A stretch of DNA of 64,000 bases from Marsupella aquatica (lineage: Eukaryota > Plantae > Marchantiophyta): positions 11,215,892 to 11,279,891 of the forward strand of contig OZ316894.1 of the NCBI GenBank assembly GCA_973895155.1, in the 5' to 3' direction. The notes under the pieces are model-generated. The model was not told the DNA's origin, made no database searches, and was given only the letters and a program-made list of their open reading frames with translations. The stretch's first letter is position 1. Each line of letters starts with the position of its first letter. The position numbers were made by a program, and so were the translations under genes. Shown here piece after piece: positions 51,344 to 64,000 of the stretch.

Positions 51344-52566
51344 TAAACAGCAATGCGAAACATGAGAACACTCAATCTCACACTACACCCACAAGACACC
51401 ACAATCATGGAAAAACTCCTGAAGGATCCATAGCTCATGAGATTGAACATGTGAAGAATGAGGGAGAGAATGCTCTCCCTCCAACCTATACCCCCCAAGG
51501 GGGACTAAGATGTGTGGGCCTAAATAAGTGGATCTTATCCTAAACTAACCAAGGGTCAATTAACCTTAGTAAGGCCAAACTAATTATAGTCGGAAACTCG
51601 AGTCAATTCCTAACACTTAATAGACCCCATCCTGGAGATAGTTTGCTTGATCAGTCCCCTGGAATTTTTTGCCCCAATCAACCCCCTCTTTATGATCCCT
51701 ACCCTTTGTTCTTCTAAAACTTCTTATAAAGTGAGTTTTTGCCTTACAAAGACCAAACTGGGTCACTTGTCATTGTAGCCATTTCAACCATGAACCATGC
51801 TCAAAATCACAGCGTTGTCAAACCGCAACCGTTCCCGGGCAGCGAACTGAAGTGTTGGCATTGAACATTTGTGCTGCCTGTACACTGACATTAGGGTTAT
51901 TCTCATGCGAAGACATTGACATGAATGTCTTCACTTTGTAAATATCCGCATTTTTTTGATATCCTCCCATTTCCGTCTTTTTTGTTCACGCTGAAACGGT
52001 GACGACTTCTTCGTGGCTTTTCACTAGGCGCATGGTTCACATGTACAGCTGAAGTGAGGTTTAAGGAATGGGAGGATATCAATAAAATGCCCTAACCCTA
52101 AATACCCCTTCATATGGAGAGTTTCTATGTCAGATCATGATTCAGTCATGGTTGATATGAATGCACTGTTTGGGAAGACATTGTGGACATTGTCTGGGAA
52201 GACATTGTATAATTCAACACTTCAGTTTGCAGCCCCGGAACAGTTGCGGTTCGACAATGCCCAGTCACTGTGATTTTTAGCATGGTTTGTGGTTGAAATG
52301 GCTACAGCGACAAGTGACCCAGTTCAGTCTTTGTAAGGCAAAAACTCACTTTATAAGAACTTTTAGAGGAACAAAGGGTTGAAATGGCTACAGCGACAAG
52401 TGACCCAGTTCAGTCTTTGTAAGGCAGTAACTCACTTTACAAAAACTTTTAGAGGAACAAAGGGTCCAGATCACAAAGAGGAGGACCATTGGGACAGAAA
52501 AGTTTCCAGGGGGCTATCAAGCAAACTAAACTATATCCAGGAGGGGGTCTATTAAGCATATCCCTC
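51304..52566. mobile_element. Non-autonomous Mutator-like (MULE) foldback element
   Basis: Termini GAGGGATAT(G/C)CTTAA[LTR]TAGACCCC.. and ..GGGGTCTATTAAGCATATCCCTC. Arms ~51616-51860 and ~52215-52557 are inverted, with an inner inverted pair at 51948-51971 / 52067-52090. 10-bp TSD CAGACAATAG (51294-51303) / CAGACCATAG (52567-52576). The right arm has an ~86-bp internal duplication. Confidence 0.85.
51319..51615. mobile_element. Solo LTR (297 bp) inserted in the left MULE TIR
   Basis: TGTAGGAA...TTCCTAACA with a perfect 5-bp TSD CTTAA (51314-51318 and 51616-51620). Similar to 59306-59743. Confidence 0.85.
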
Positions 52567-53984
52567 CAGACCATAGATATAATGTAATGAGAGTGTCTCT
52601 CAGATAAGGTTACCTTACAGTCCATATCTGAACATATAATATATAATACACAAAGCGCCGGGCTGCCACCCTTCAAAAGGCCAGTCAACATTCTACAGTA
52701 GATGGGAAAAAGCAGGACTAGGCCCTAGCTGCTCGATTTATATTTTAGGTTTTGGCAGCCATTGGATTCAAGAACCTTGGGGAAAGTGTGAGAACCGGGC
52801 TGTTCTGAGGGTGGGCATGCTCGGACGTCTCCAAGCACTCACTGCATCATTCACTTCAGACTCAGCAGAAATAAGTTTTCCTCATCTTACTTAAGGCCAC
52901 AGAAAAGACTAACCACAATCGACAATTCAGTCACAATGCTGACAGTCCAAATTCCGGTTCAACTGTCTGTCGAATGCCTTCCATGGCCGTCTTATTCTGT
53001 CTTCACAAATTCCCTCTCACAACCGGTCTTCCAACCAGCTGAGGGCGTCCGACTGTAGCTGCCCCCAGAGTTCAGACAATTTCACATACCATCTCTAGAC
53101 AATGTCAAGACACTTCTCCAGAGGCACATGCACAGTGTCTAAGGACTGCCTTAGAAGCATCCATTTGGAGTCCATTCTTTCATAAATGAACCTAGATCCC
53201 GTTACTGAACGTCTTAGACTGAAGCTGAAGACAGGTCTTTATAAACAAACACACGAATGGATGCCATTAGCCCCAAGATCCAGTTGATCACACATCTTAA
53301 GGACAAAATATATTTTACCAATTATTCCATCATGTTAGTAAATCCCAACGGCAGGAACAGTTTTCTGTCATTTCCAAACCGCAGACTACAGTGCTAAATG
53401 GACTACAGTGCTAAATGTGAATGTAGTGCAAGCAGAAACTACAAAATTTTGTGCTGACCATACCTGACCTGAGGCAACAAATCAGAATGAACACTTTGGT
53501 CAATGATTTCCTTTGATCTGGAAAGGATGTTGAAAGTTGAGAACTCACTATTGTACACGAATTGTTTTATGGAAACTGACCTACCTGGCAGTTAGTCCAC
53601 CTATACCATTGCTTGACTATCAGCAAGGTGCCACACACCAAGGGGTGTTTCTGGGAGCAATGAGACGTGGGCTCCAAGGTGACGACCTCTTCTGAGGTTT
53701 TCTGCTAGTATACACATCCAATACTTGGACTGATTTCGAAAGCTCTATAAGCTTCGTCTTTTGAGAGAATACACAGGACCCTTTGTCCAAACCCAATCTA
53801 ATGTGGCCGGATCCATCGCCTAAAGCGACACCTAAAACAACCTTATGTCACGTTACAGAAGAATAGATTACTGCAAACCTAGCAAAATTATGTGCCACTG
53901 CGTGCCTAATGGTTTCAAGGTTTTTCTAGGATTTCAGAATACAAGATAGCAATGAGTAAAGAACCTATTCCGATTGCTTCGCTC

Positions 53985-56900
53985 CTACCATCCATAAACA
54001 GGTCTCTGGACCAGGGGTGGAGGGAGACCCAAATCCTTACAGTGCTGAGCATCAGGGTGCATTGTACCCCCGAGGGCCCCAGAAACATATCTTGCTGGTT
54101 CGATGCCCGACAAAACGTAATGAGTGAGTGCCACGCTTCTATCTAGAGCATCAGTAAGATTTGGCATTGACTGTGAAAGTGTCATACTCCTCTTCTTCTC
54201 TACAGCCTCCCCTGGCAATGGAGTAACGCCCTCTACCGTCCTCGATTTGGGCGCTTTGTCTAGCTCAGCACAATCTAGGAAGCGGTCAGTTGCTGCCTCC
54301 CAAGAAAGTAGGTGCCGTTCTTCTGCTGAAAGTGGAACTGGCTCCGAAGCCATTGCTATCTTAACCTTTTCAACGAACTCCTCAGAGGTCTTGTAGGTGT
54401 AACAGTTGGGGAATGAACGGAAAAAGTCGTTTGAAGGGTGGTCTGCGCACACTACGATTTTCCCCATGGCCAGTGCCTCGGCTGTGGTGGTGCAGACGAC
54501 GTCGCTGATACTTGGATTGATGAACACCTTATACCTGTTTCCAGGACTCCAGATAGCAACCCACAAAAACAAGTGTTAGGGGCACTTTCAGCATAATACC
54601 GTACATCTATGACTGTGCTTATCGGTTCACATTCACTCATATAAATTTCTTTTTCCACACCAATACGTTCGATTCTGCGGGCCAAACAACAATTTTGTTG
54701 ATGCCACAGTTCACGAATACAGTTAGCATTCTCTACATATTATGATATTATGACAGCGCAGATGCAGGTTTGGTAGGTTTTTTGGTTGAGGCAATACCCA
54801 TGAAGCGTATCGTCTGCGTGGTCCCTCCCCTTGTAGAAATCCAATGCCAATCCATGCTGTTTTGCGGTAGCCTGGACCTCAACAGAGTCTTCCCCGTTTC
54901 CATACACGTCCAGCTTCAAATCATTTAGCTCTTGCTTATGCTTGGCCAGGAGATCGAGAAGCTCTCTGTAACCCTTTCCCCATATCATCTTTCCAAGGAA
55001 ATAAGCACCTTTATTGAATTCTACTTTCCCACCATCACTTTCAGCAGCTATCCTTTCTCCAATCCGCAAAAATTGGGGGTTGACACCATGTACGTTGCAT
55101 ATACTGGACTTGGGAAGCGCCTGGGTGGCTCCAGATAGTCTGATCACCTGTGACAAATGCCAGGAAAAATGGACACCATCAGCAAGGGTCGGAAAATCCA
55201 ATGCTGTCACAAAGTCCGGTCCTACAAATTCAACGGTCAGGTACTACGCCGGTTCCCCAAAAGTATCAACGTGCCACACTACCATTAACTAATTCAGAGA
55301 TACTGAAGACATTCTGTTAGTTCGACGGGTATACCTTATCACAATAGACCCGGCACACCAAGTTATTCACATGCTCCAGTAAAAAGGCCTGTAGAGCTCC
55401 ATTCTTTTCCCGCCTTACATATTCGAGGTAGTTGGTGTGTACCACACCCACAACATGTTCGAACTTGTCGGTCCACCTTGTACCGTGATAATACCAATTG
55501 AGATGCTCTGGCTCTTCCAAAACAGCGATATCAGCTTCTTTGTCCGGAATGAAGCTGCTTATATCCCCAGCGGCTAGAATACTCCTTTTCTCAAGCGAAA
55601 ACTGCCACCAACGTCACGGAATTGGTAAAGATATGTTTCCAGCCACACAACAATCAGTTCAAACGCTTGATCCACCATGCTCTCTTACTACTCAACTATT
55701 TACAAATGCGAATGTCTGCATGTAAGTAAGTCAAATGCAGGCACATACCTTGCCGGGATAGAAGGCAATCTTGAAATCGGATCGGAATCCCACTCTGGCT
55801 TCAACCCAGTCACGAACATACGTCTCCTGTTCTGCCGGGGAGTCAAATGTCATGTTATTCGGATATACAAGTTCTTGATCCTTCTGACAGAGCCAAGGCA
55901 CAAGAAGAGTGACATTCTGCTTGCCGTTTTTGGCTAAGAATGCCGCTCGGAACAGAGGGTTAACTGCTGTGCCGGTCATCCATGGCAAACTTGCTGTCGT
56001 CACAATAGCTATGTTTCTGCGGCCGTCACCAGACTCGCGAGGTGCTGCTTGTTCCCCAAACAAACCCCCTTTGTATCTGTAACCTGTACTCTGGACCACA
56101 CTCGCTATCCTTACATCCAGGTCATCCCCACTCTTCCCATTTACTTTCGCACTGACAGTCAAAGTATCCTTATTTTCGCTGCTTGACTGAGCGGATAACT
56201 GATCCTTCCGCTTATAGCTCCTCAAAACTTCACACACCTTTTCTGAGACATCTGCGCGAACCAGAGGCAACTTCACAGGGTCAAATTGGCAAAAAAATCA
56301 TTGTTGGGTTCATGACCCGATACCTCACAGTCATTGAATTCATGAGTACCCAAAACTTGCACGATTCTCAATCATCAAAAAAGCATGGAGAAAGCTGTCT
56401 CTCCAAGACCAGTCATAGGTATTTCCTCAACTCTGGATGTGAACCAGAAGGCACGTCCAGATGGATGGAAGGTACAGTCTAGGAACGACATGTTTCACAC
56501 GACAGGCGACGTTCAGGTCTTTCGGGTGAGCGGGGATATATATAGTCCCGGGAGCCACCTTTTTTAACCCCGATTTGATCCAGAAACGGCTCCGACTGCC
56601 TCACAAGATTCTCCAACAGCTCCGGAACATCTAAGGGAGCGACATCATTCTCGAACGCCTGCAGAAGTTTCAGCAATTGAATGCACAGTCAGGGCCAAAG
56701 GCACGAAACGAGAGAGCCTATGGACGAAACTCAATCAGTCCTCCAACAGGGAACAGGGAATTGGCGCTAAGTTTAGAAGCATGTACAGAATCCCCCCGCC
56801 ACCACTAAAGAAAATCGAACGGGAGATAGGGAAATACCTTAGCACCAAAATGAGATGCCTTGGGAGTAAGCTTCTGCAAAACCCAAACAACATAACGAAA

Positions 56901-57760
56901 GTGAGCTCATCTCACAAAAAGGGTCCTCATCAATCCGAGCCAGTCAGTGGGCAATCTTCAACAACGTGCAATCGGCGTACCAGATTTTTCTTCACATTCT
57001 CAAAGAATTCCGTCTTCTTCACGTTTTCAAAAAACTCCGACGGCGTCTTGCTGGTAGCTGCAGTGGATTCTAATTCCTTCAAGCTTTCCTTGACGCTCTC
57101 TTTCGCTCTCCTCAGCGGCTCCCATTCCTCTAACGTAATGCTGTTCTTCTTCCTTGACTTCTTCCCCTTGACGCCGAGCTTGTCAGCTTGACTGCCCTTC
57201 GTGCCCGGGCCAGGTCTGGGAGCACTCCAATCCGACCACGGCCTGTTACCGCCCCTTTGTGGATATTTCTTCGTGACGAGATCCCAACCAAAAGAGCCCC
57301 CCGTCCCGGAAGTCTTCTCGTCGGTGAGCCGCTTCTGAAGGTTCGGATCAGATCGAACCCTCCTGAAGCTAGGCAGGTTGGGAGTCAAATTCTTCAAGAA
57401 ATCCCCATCCTGGCCCTGCGGTGTAATAGCCGACAAAGGCGCCATGGCCGAGAACGAAGGCCCCGTGAGGGAACCGCTCTCCCGGATCTTCCTCAGAATA
57501 CTGGCCTGTGAGTTCTTCACATTCGACAGCGGAACCTTAAAACTTTCCACTCCCTTCTCCCACTCCTTGTCCAGCGTGGTGGCCAGATCCCTGAACGACT
57601 TCGCTCGAAGGCTCATCAGCTGCAAATCTCGATTCGCCCCCTTTTGAACTTCAGACAAGCTCTTCGATATGAACAAAAGCGCTCTTTCTGCCGGGGCCAC
57701 ACCGGCCCCGGCAGTGGACGAACTCTGTTCTCCAGCACCACTATCACCCCACGGCGACAT
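53985..57760 (-). CDS. DGD1: Digalactosyldiacylglycerol synthase 1 (GT4), ~861 aa, with the long DGD1-type N-terminal extension
   Basis: Exons (minus strand) 57760-56981, 56873-56838, 56658-56559, 56251-55749, 55601-55335, 55147-54798, 54534-53985 (2586 nt, in phase). Motifs: IAIVTTASLPWMTGTAVNPLFRAA, LEEPEHLNWYYHG, HTNYLEY, NVHGVNP, KGAYFLGKMIWGKGYREL, VFINPSISDVVCTTTAEALAMGK. Confidence 0.96.
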
Positions 57761-58244
57761 CGCTGGCCACTACTCTTTTCCTTTCCACAAAGATATCACA
57801 CCCCAATGCCAGGACCAATCTCTCTCTCCTCCACTTATACCACCTCCGTGTAATCAAACACCAATTCCAGCGACTACTCGTCTGTTCCTCGAGAGATTCC
57901 CTCAAACTCCTCAAATCCTTCCACCAGCCACTCCTGTACTCTCTAAATCCCTTCAATTCCTGCTCAAATGCCACAAACAATAACGATTCACGTTCCGTAA
58001 CCCTAAGAACCAACAACGTTTCTTCCCCGTGGATGCAATATGGTTGCTGCGGTTTCACATCTCCTCAACCTTCTTCGTCCTTCAAGCGGCGTCAACCCCA
58101 TGGAGCCACCGACCACCACCACCTTCGGCTCTCTCCTCTTCCTACCACCTCCTCGCTCGATTCTGGTTTGGTTTGGTTTTGTTTGTTTGATCGGTAGAGT
58201 CGTTGTCGCAGTGGTCTCCGCCTTCAAACGCGGACAACGCCTCT

Positions 58245-58540
58245 GCTGAATCACACTTTTATCGCGCGCTTGTCTGGGCCTCTCTTCTGCTGGATCACAC
58301 TTTAATTGCGCGCTTGTCTAGGCCCCTCGTCACAGACACACACAGGGCAACGAGAGCTTTACTGAACTTCCTCCCTCCTTTTTTTTGCGTCAATCGATTC
58401 GGATCGAACTTAGCCGGAGCTGTACCAGTGTGCTTCGCGCTTGGCTAAACTCTCTCCCTCCCTCCGTTTTTTTCTGTCAATCAATTCGGATGCAGCTTGC
58501 TCGAGCTATACTGTACCACTGTCTTTCGCGCTTGGCTTGC
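58245..58540. repeat. Two short tandem duplications in the putative DGD1 promoter/leader
   Basis: ctg.atcacacttt.at.gcgcgcttgtct.ggcc occurs twice; tccctcct..gtcaatc.attcggat..ctgtacca.tgt..ttcgcgcttggct occurs twice. Confidence 0.7.
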
Positions 58541-59305
58541 CTGGTGTGTCTGATTGATTTGCTGTCGATCCTCCTCCAGTGAGGTCGTGCTACACCTCGA
58601 ATCCTCGATCGGTGCGATGATGACATAAGTGACGATCGATTCCCGCGATTGTAAGAAGTTTCTACGAACACGAAGGAGATGTCGAGCGAAGGTTCTCTCG
58701 CTCTATCGACAAGTGGAAAAGTAGGTAAAATAGATCTAGTCTAGATCTAGATTTAATATAATTTTGGTCGAAATTATTAATCGCCCCCAAATTAGTGTAG
58801 TAAGTTATCAGATTTCCCTTCCTTTTTTAAGTAATATAAATAAGTTTAGTCCAAAGCCAAGTAAGGAAGGGAAGGAAGGGATTTGCTTGATAGGACCCCT
58901 GAGTGATCCAGACCCTTGATTTACCTTGAATGGACGTACCCAAAATTTCAGGGGTCCTATCATGTAACACATTTCCATTTGGGATCCCATCAAGCAAATC
59001 ACTCCAAGTAAGCCCCACCAGGGACCAAGGGGGACAGGGAACAAAACTCAAAAGCAAAGCAAAAGAACACCGAGGGACAGGGACAGTAGCACCATCCGGA
59101 ACCAAAGAAACAAAGCCCTTGGCCCCATGTGAAGATCTTGGAGCGGGATTATCAGATTGCTTGTAGTTTGTATAAGGGTTTATTTATTTTTACTACAAAA
59201 ACTAACTGAAATTCATTAAAAAAGCCAGCATACAAGAGGGGTGATCCACAAAAAGGGATCTACATCTCAGACGGGTAGATGGAAGGTTGTGGGTCCAACT
59301 CAAGA

Positions 59306-59743
59306 TGTTGGAACCAGGAGAGAAGCCACACCAAAGACAAGGAAGCTAAAACAGTGATTACTATTGCAGTAAGAGTGACACATTGAGTAAGATGAAAGAA
59401 ACCATCAGCTCCAATTGGATAGCAAATGCAAAACATGAGAGAGACATTTGATCACACCCTACATCAAACAGACATCACAAGTGGAGAAACCCATGAAGAA
59501 TGCATAGCATATGAGAGTGACATCACAAGTGAAGAAACCCATGAAAAATGCATAGCATATGAGAGTCCATACGAAGAAGAGGGAGAAAACTCTCTCCATC
59601 CAAGGTATACACAAAGGGGGCTGAAATGGGTGGGGCTGAAATGAGTGGGTCTACAAGTAAATGGATATTATCCTAAAATAATCAAGGCTAACCCTAGTAA
59701 AGCCAAACTAACTAACGTCAGGAACTCCACTCAATTCCTAACA
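59306..59743. mobile_element. Solo LTR (438 bp), same family as 51319-51615
   Basis: TGTTGGAA...TTCCTAACA, with TSD CAAGA/TAAGA (1 mismatch). Shares aatgc.aaacatgaga, gagggaga.aa..ctctc and ggat.ttatcctaaa.taa.caagg..agtaa.gccaaactaa..tcaattcctaaca with the 51.3-kb LTR. Internal ~45-bp duplication. Confidence 0.78.
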
Positions 59744-62441
59744 TAAGATTGGCCAGTGAGAGAGAACCGCACTGGGTTCCTCATAGTGGGTCCATGACAA
59801 AATTCTCATAATTCCATCAGTCAGATTTGCAGTGCAGCGTCTACTCCTGAGTAGAAGGCCAATCCTAGGAGGTCTCACTAGATGGAGACCTCTCATCACC
59901 TACAATGTTTTTAGGTTTAATACACCCTAAAACTTGAGAAAAAATATTATTAAATTTTTTACCCCTATTAATGTGGAATATTCCTAAATTTGGTTTCTCA
60001 AACCCCTAGTTTTCCTTCAAGTCTCAAAATTTGCCCTAATATTCTTACACCCAAATTTTATGTCTTACTTTAAAACTAATAATTGACACTGTTTGTCACA
60101 CTTGATGTGTCATGTTTGTGAAAGTGAAACCCCCAAGACCAAATCATGGTGGGCAGGGAAGGATTGGGGAATTTGAAGGATCTCATTGTTAGTTTCCCTT
60201 AATTAATGGGTTGACTTAACTCAACTATACTAACCTGATATGACATGCAATTGGTTTGTAGACACATGAAGGCTTGTGATTTGCTTGTGCTTCACCATTG
60301 ACCAGGGTTCCCCTATCCATCACTCACTCGAATGGGGGGTGTCAGTTGCTCTCTATGAGCTAAAAGTATTGCACTTTGGCCTCTCACATTCCCTTTTCTA
60401 CTCAGAGGAGGTTAGTTTGGACAAATATGAACAACCATGTGTCTCCAATCTAGCTTGATTAGACCAACCCATATGAAATCACAGAGAAATTGATAATTAA
60501 TTACTTGTGGGGCAGCTAGTAATTTGGACCAGTTTGGAAATTAAAATAGTAAAACAGGTTTACTAAATTGCCACTAAACTATCATTATTTACTAATGTGT
60601 TATTGTTTCTAAAATATTGACAAATATGCTGCACTTGTAGTAAGCAATCTACGAAGCCCCTATCATGGTTGTGAGGCTACAGGTGAGCTGGGATCAGGGG
60701 GTCAAACTCAACCCAGGCAAGAGTCAGTCAGCCACAGATCTCAGAGTGGTGATGGGTATGTGGCGTTCTGTGTCCGTCAATGTTGTGGATGTTATTGGGA
60801 GTGATGACCCAATTTGCATGATTGATGTTGTGGATTGCAAATTTGGTCTTCACTCCCAGTAAGGTGATTCAGTCCCCAAGTTTATTTAGTCCCCAGATAA
60901 TTGGAGAAAACACGTATGTCGTCATCCAAGCATTAAGACAAGGAGATTAGTAGAGTCAGGCTTCTCTTCCGCTAAACTATGGTTTTGATCTTTACAAATG
61001 AGACTTTGAAGATAGTAGACTTCCAACATGGGCACTCAGGACATGCCTCCTTCTCCGGTGGTCTGTGGCCTATTGCTTCTCTTTCCATATGGGTGTGCTC
61101 CTTCTCCAGCCCCCTTAATTTTCTTTGTTTTTCCTGTCTCCTGCCATCAGATGGATGTTACTTTGCACGTTTTCCATGTATCGTAATAAACTTTCGGGCT
61201 TTGTCCCCTTAGAAAAAACAGGGGAAAAATGAAAAAAATGGGCACTCAGGCTTGGAAGGAACAAATACAGTCATATTCATGAATAGGGTAGAAAAGATAA
61301 TTTGGGAGGAGTGGAGAGAGAGTTAGACTATGCAAGAGGGAAGAGCATTGGCACCTGAGGGAATTTGGTCCCTTTGTGTGACCAGCCCCTTGGTCCTGGA
61401 CTTGATATACAGTATCATAGGTTTCAAATTCTGTTTTTGGATTTGTTTACACCCTCAGGGCTTTTGCGCATTGGTAAATTACAGATGCTCCTTGATAGGT
61501 GTGACCTTAGTAAGTGCAATCTCATGATAAGTGCAAGGAAGCTGTTTCCACAAAAATTGTTACCCTTGCATTATTATGTTGATAAGTGCACAGATTTACA
61601 ACAAAAATCACATACAAATCCAGCATTTCAATTTCATGGTAAGTGCAATTTTCATCCAGGACAAGTATTGGATATTTGCTGCTAAGATTTCCTAAGCACC
61701 CCTACCGTTTGTGTAGCCACAGTCTTAAAACTACTGTAGATGGATTGGGTTGCTTTGCCTTTGGGATCCTGTCTCCCAGTTAGTTTTTTGACATTTTGAT
61801 ATACATAACTCAAGGTAACACATAGCCAATTTAAGTACTCCTCCACACCACATAACGTTCACCACGACTAATTTGAAAAACATTAAAATTACTCTACCAA
61901 ATTTAGGACTATGACAAACGTGGCAGAGACTCATTGGCTTACATGCTCTTTCGAGCTCTTGTTGTCGTCTTGCATCGCCCTAGTGCCCACCCCTTTAGCT
62001 TAAAAACAATTAAAATATTGGGCCACTCTGACAAAATATTCTATAGTGCTATTGTGGAGAACCTCGAAAGGATTAAAAATGTTAGAAAGATTGTAAGCAT
62101 CTTGGTGTAAACACTGATTTTTTCAGTGTTTACATTACTTATACAATTCTTCAAACACAGGAGTGTTGTATGTGGAGTTACAATTAATAAATATCTCACA
62201 GGAAAATATTGTAAGCTTTTTTACGTAAACATTTTCTTCTTGATTCATGGTAGGCCCAGGACTTCTTCTCCAATTGGAATTGGGTCGCTCCAGAGAATCG
62301 GAGTAGCGGCTGGGAGCATTATACGGAATACCTTTGCAGTACTTTTAATGTATTGAATTCAAGTTGGCATTGCACTGTCTTTAGTTGTGGAGTCTGTGTT
62401 TCCCTCTGAAAAGGCAGTCAGACAAAATCTGTGGCCAGGGT

Positions 62442-62470
62442 TGGAATGGAATGGAATGGAATGGAATGGA
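62442..62470. repeat. (GGAAT)n microsatellite
   Basis: About 6 TGGAA units. Confidence 0.9.
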
Positions 62471-62674
62471 GAGGTTACGCTGGTTTTTACTTGTTGGCAA
62501 ATGTAATACTAGGTGAAGGAGAATATGCTTAGAATGCTCTTTATCAAAATTCTGTTTATTAATTTCTGACTATCAGACCTCCTGAAGCTTGGATACTGTT
62601 ACATTCTGGTTAATGGAAGACAAAAACCCTAACAATTTTTTAGCAAACAGGGCCAACTTTTTAGAGCATGGAAT

Positions 62675-62975
62675 TGTTGAACTAAGACGTCATTCGTAAC
62701 GACCATACAACCATGACTTATTCCATGCACACGTAGTCGACACAATCTCTACGTGGTTCACCTCTTCTCCAAGGCTACGTCCACACGAACACTCAAGCTT
62801 TACTTCAAGAGTAAACGAACACACATGCTCTCCCTCTTCCTCAAGTTGCTCCATTACAATGAGAAAGCACCACACACCAGCGGCTTACACTAGCCCTGGT
62901 ATATACAAGGTCACACACGACTAACCTAACCTCAGCTAAGACCCTAACTATGGTTAGCCTAAGTGCCGTAACTTT
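62675..62975. mobile_element. LTR-like fragment related to 19112-19909
   Basis: Shares gtagtcgacaca, gtggttcacctc, ggctacgtccac, ggctcc.t.acaatgag and taacctaacct..ccctaacta with the 19-kb element. Ends are uncertain. Confidence 0.45.
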
Positions 62976-63009
62976 TGAGTCACAAGACTAAGAGCAATCC
63001 TTAATAGGA

Positions 63010-63460
63010 ATGTGGCAAATTCTTGTCACTAAACAAAATCCTGACACCTCACAAGTTTTTTGCACTAAGCAAAATGGAGACACCTGGCAAATTTTTGCTT
63101 CTAAACAAAATGCGTACACTTAGTGATTTTGGGCACTAACCAAAATGCTGATTAGAACTGGACCCTCTCGTCTTGATGTACCACCTTTGAGAGCACTTAG
63201 CAAAGTCTTGCAAATAAAATGCTGATGGGAACTGGAGCGTCTCATCTTCAGGTACCACCTTTGGCAAATTTTTGCCACTAAACACAATAGGGATCCCACC
63301 TAGCTAATTTTTGCCACTAAACAAAATGCTCATTGAAACTCGAGGTACAGGGACCTAATGAATTCTGATCTCAAGTTTGTCTAGATGCTGATTAACCTCT
63401 GCATCTCGTCTCGAGTACATGGGCAGAATGAATTCTGATCACAAGTTTGTCTAGAGAGAA
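63010..63460. repeat. Degenerate tandem repeats
   Basis: Multiple cactaa.caaaat units at 63028-63330; atgaattctgatc.caagtttgtctaga occurs twice (63358 and 63428). Confidence 0.7.
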
Positions 63461-64000
63461 TCATTAGCTCTTTTCTTGTATGCCCTGATGAGTGATGAGT
63501 GACCAATTTGGCGAGCTACTGTAGTTGCATAATTATTCTTGTTGTTCACTAGGCTATCTACAGTTCACTAGTCTACTGGTCCAGTTTGCTTCTGACGCAG
63601 ACTGAGGTCAGAGGCTGGGGTAAATTCTGATCCCAGGAATCTCACAACCCCTTTTCTTGTGTTTCCTGGCCGAGATTTGCTAAGGAGTGCAGCTTAAAAT
63701 TTATGCTTTTTTCTTTCTAGCTATGGTGGGGAATGTCACCTTGGAGGAATATGAATATGCTAAGCATATTAATTATAACTTTATTTAATCTTGATTTCTG
63801 ACATTATACCTTAGATTTCAGGATACGTCAGATTCTGGCTGATCAAAGACAAAACACTCTCAAATTTTGCTGCGAGTGTCAAAGGCTTTTTATTTGTCTT
63901 GAATGGAAATGATGAAGAATGCTTAGTGGACCCTCATCCCAATAGTGACATACATTCATTGTAGGGAACCCATTTCAGGGTGAGCCCCCCCAGATCTGAA

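Noticed and set aside
51319-59743. One LTR element that captured DGD1
   Set aside because: Each LTR has its own separate TSD, their lengths differ, and DGD1 retains its introns.
60880-60950. NAWMTTYVF (minus strand), resembling a pogo/DDE_1 transposase motif
   Set aside because: An isolated short match with stops nearby and no other motifs.
63486-63605. C/D-box snoRNA (TGATGA...CTGA)
   Set aside because: Weak terminal stem and no recognisable rRNA-antisense element; the boxes can occur by chance.

Overview
Eukaryotic, intron-containing plant nuclear DNA. The axonemal dynein gene implies a lineage with flagellated sperm, and the long GA/CT-rich leaders suggest a bryophyte, possibly a liverwort; the taxon is inferred. 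Six protein-coding genes are supported, four of them by manually phased GT-AG exon models. They are: a 5'-partial axonemal dynein intermediate chain (WDR78/DNAI4, +); a ~1076-aa membrane-anchored coiled-coil protein of unknown function (-); an intronless ESCRT-III VPS60 (+); a probably secreted, bacterial-type endonuclease I/Bsn nuclease with a lamin-tail-like C-terminal domain (+); an intronless ARM-only protein (+); and DGD1 (-). Intergenic DNA holds non-autonomous long-TIR elements, solo LTRs (one nested in a MULE-like foldback element) and many tandem arrays. I found no CRISPR array, rRNA or tRNA, and no clearly new multi-gene system. The best leads are the nuclease, an in-frame duplicated C-terminus behind a stop codon, a possible poison exon, the 80-bp array in the VPS60 leader and the nested transposon locus.
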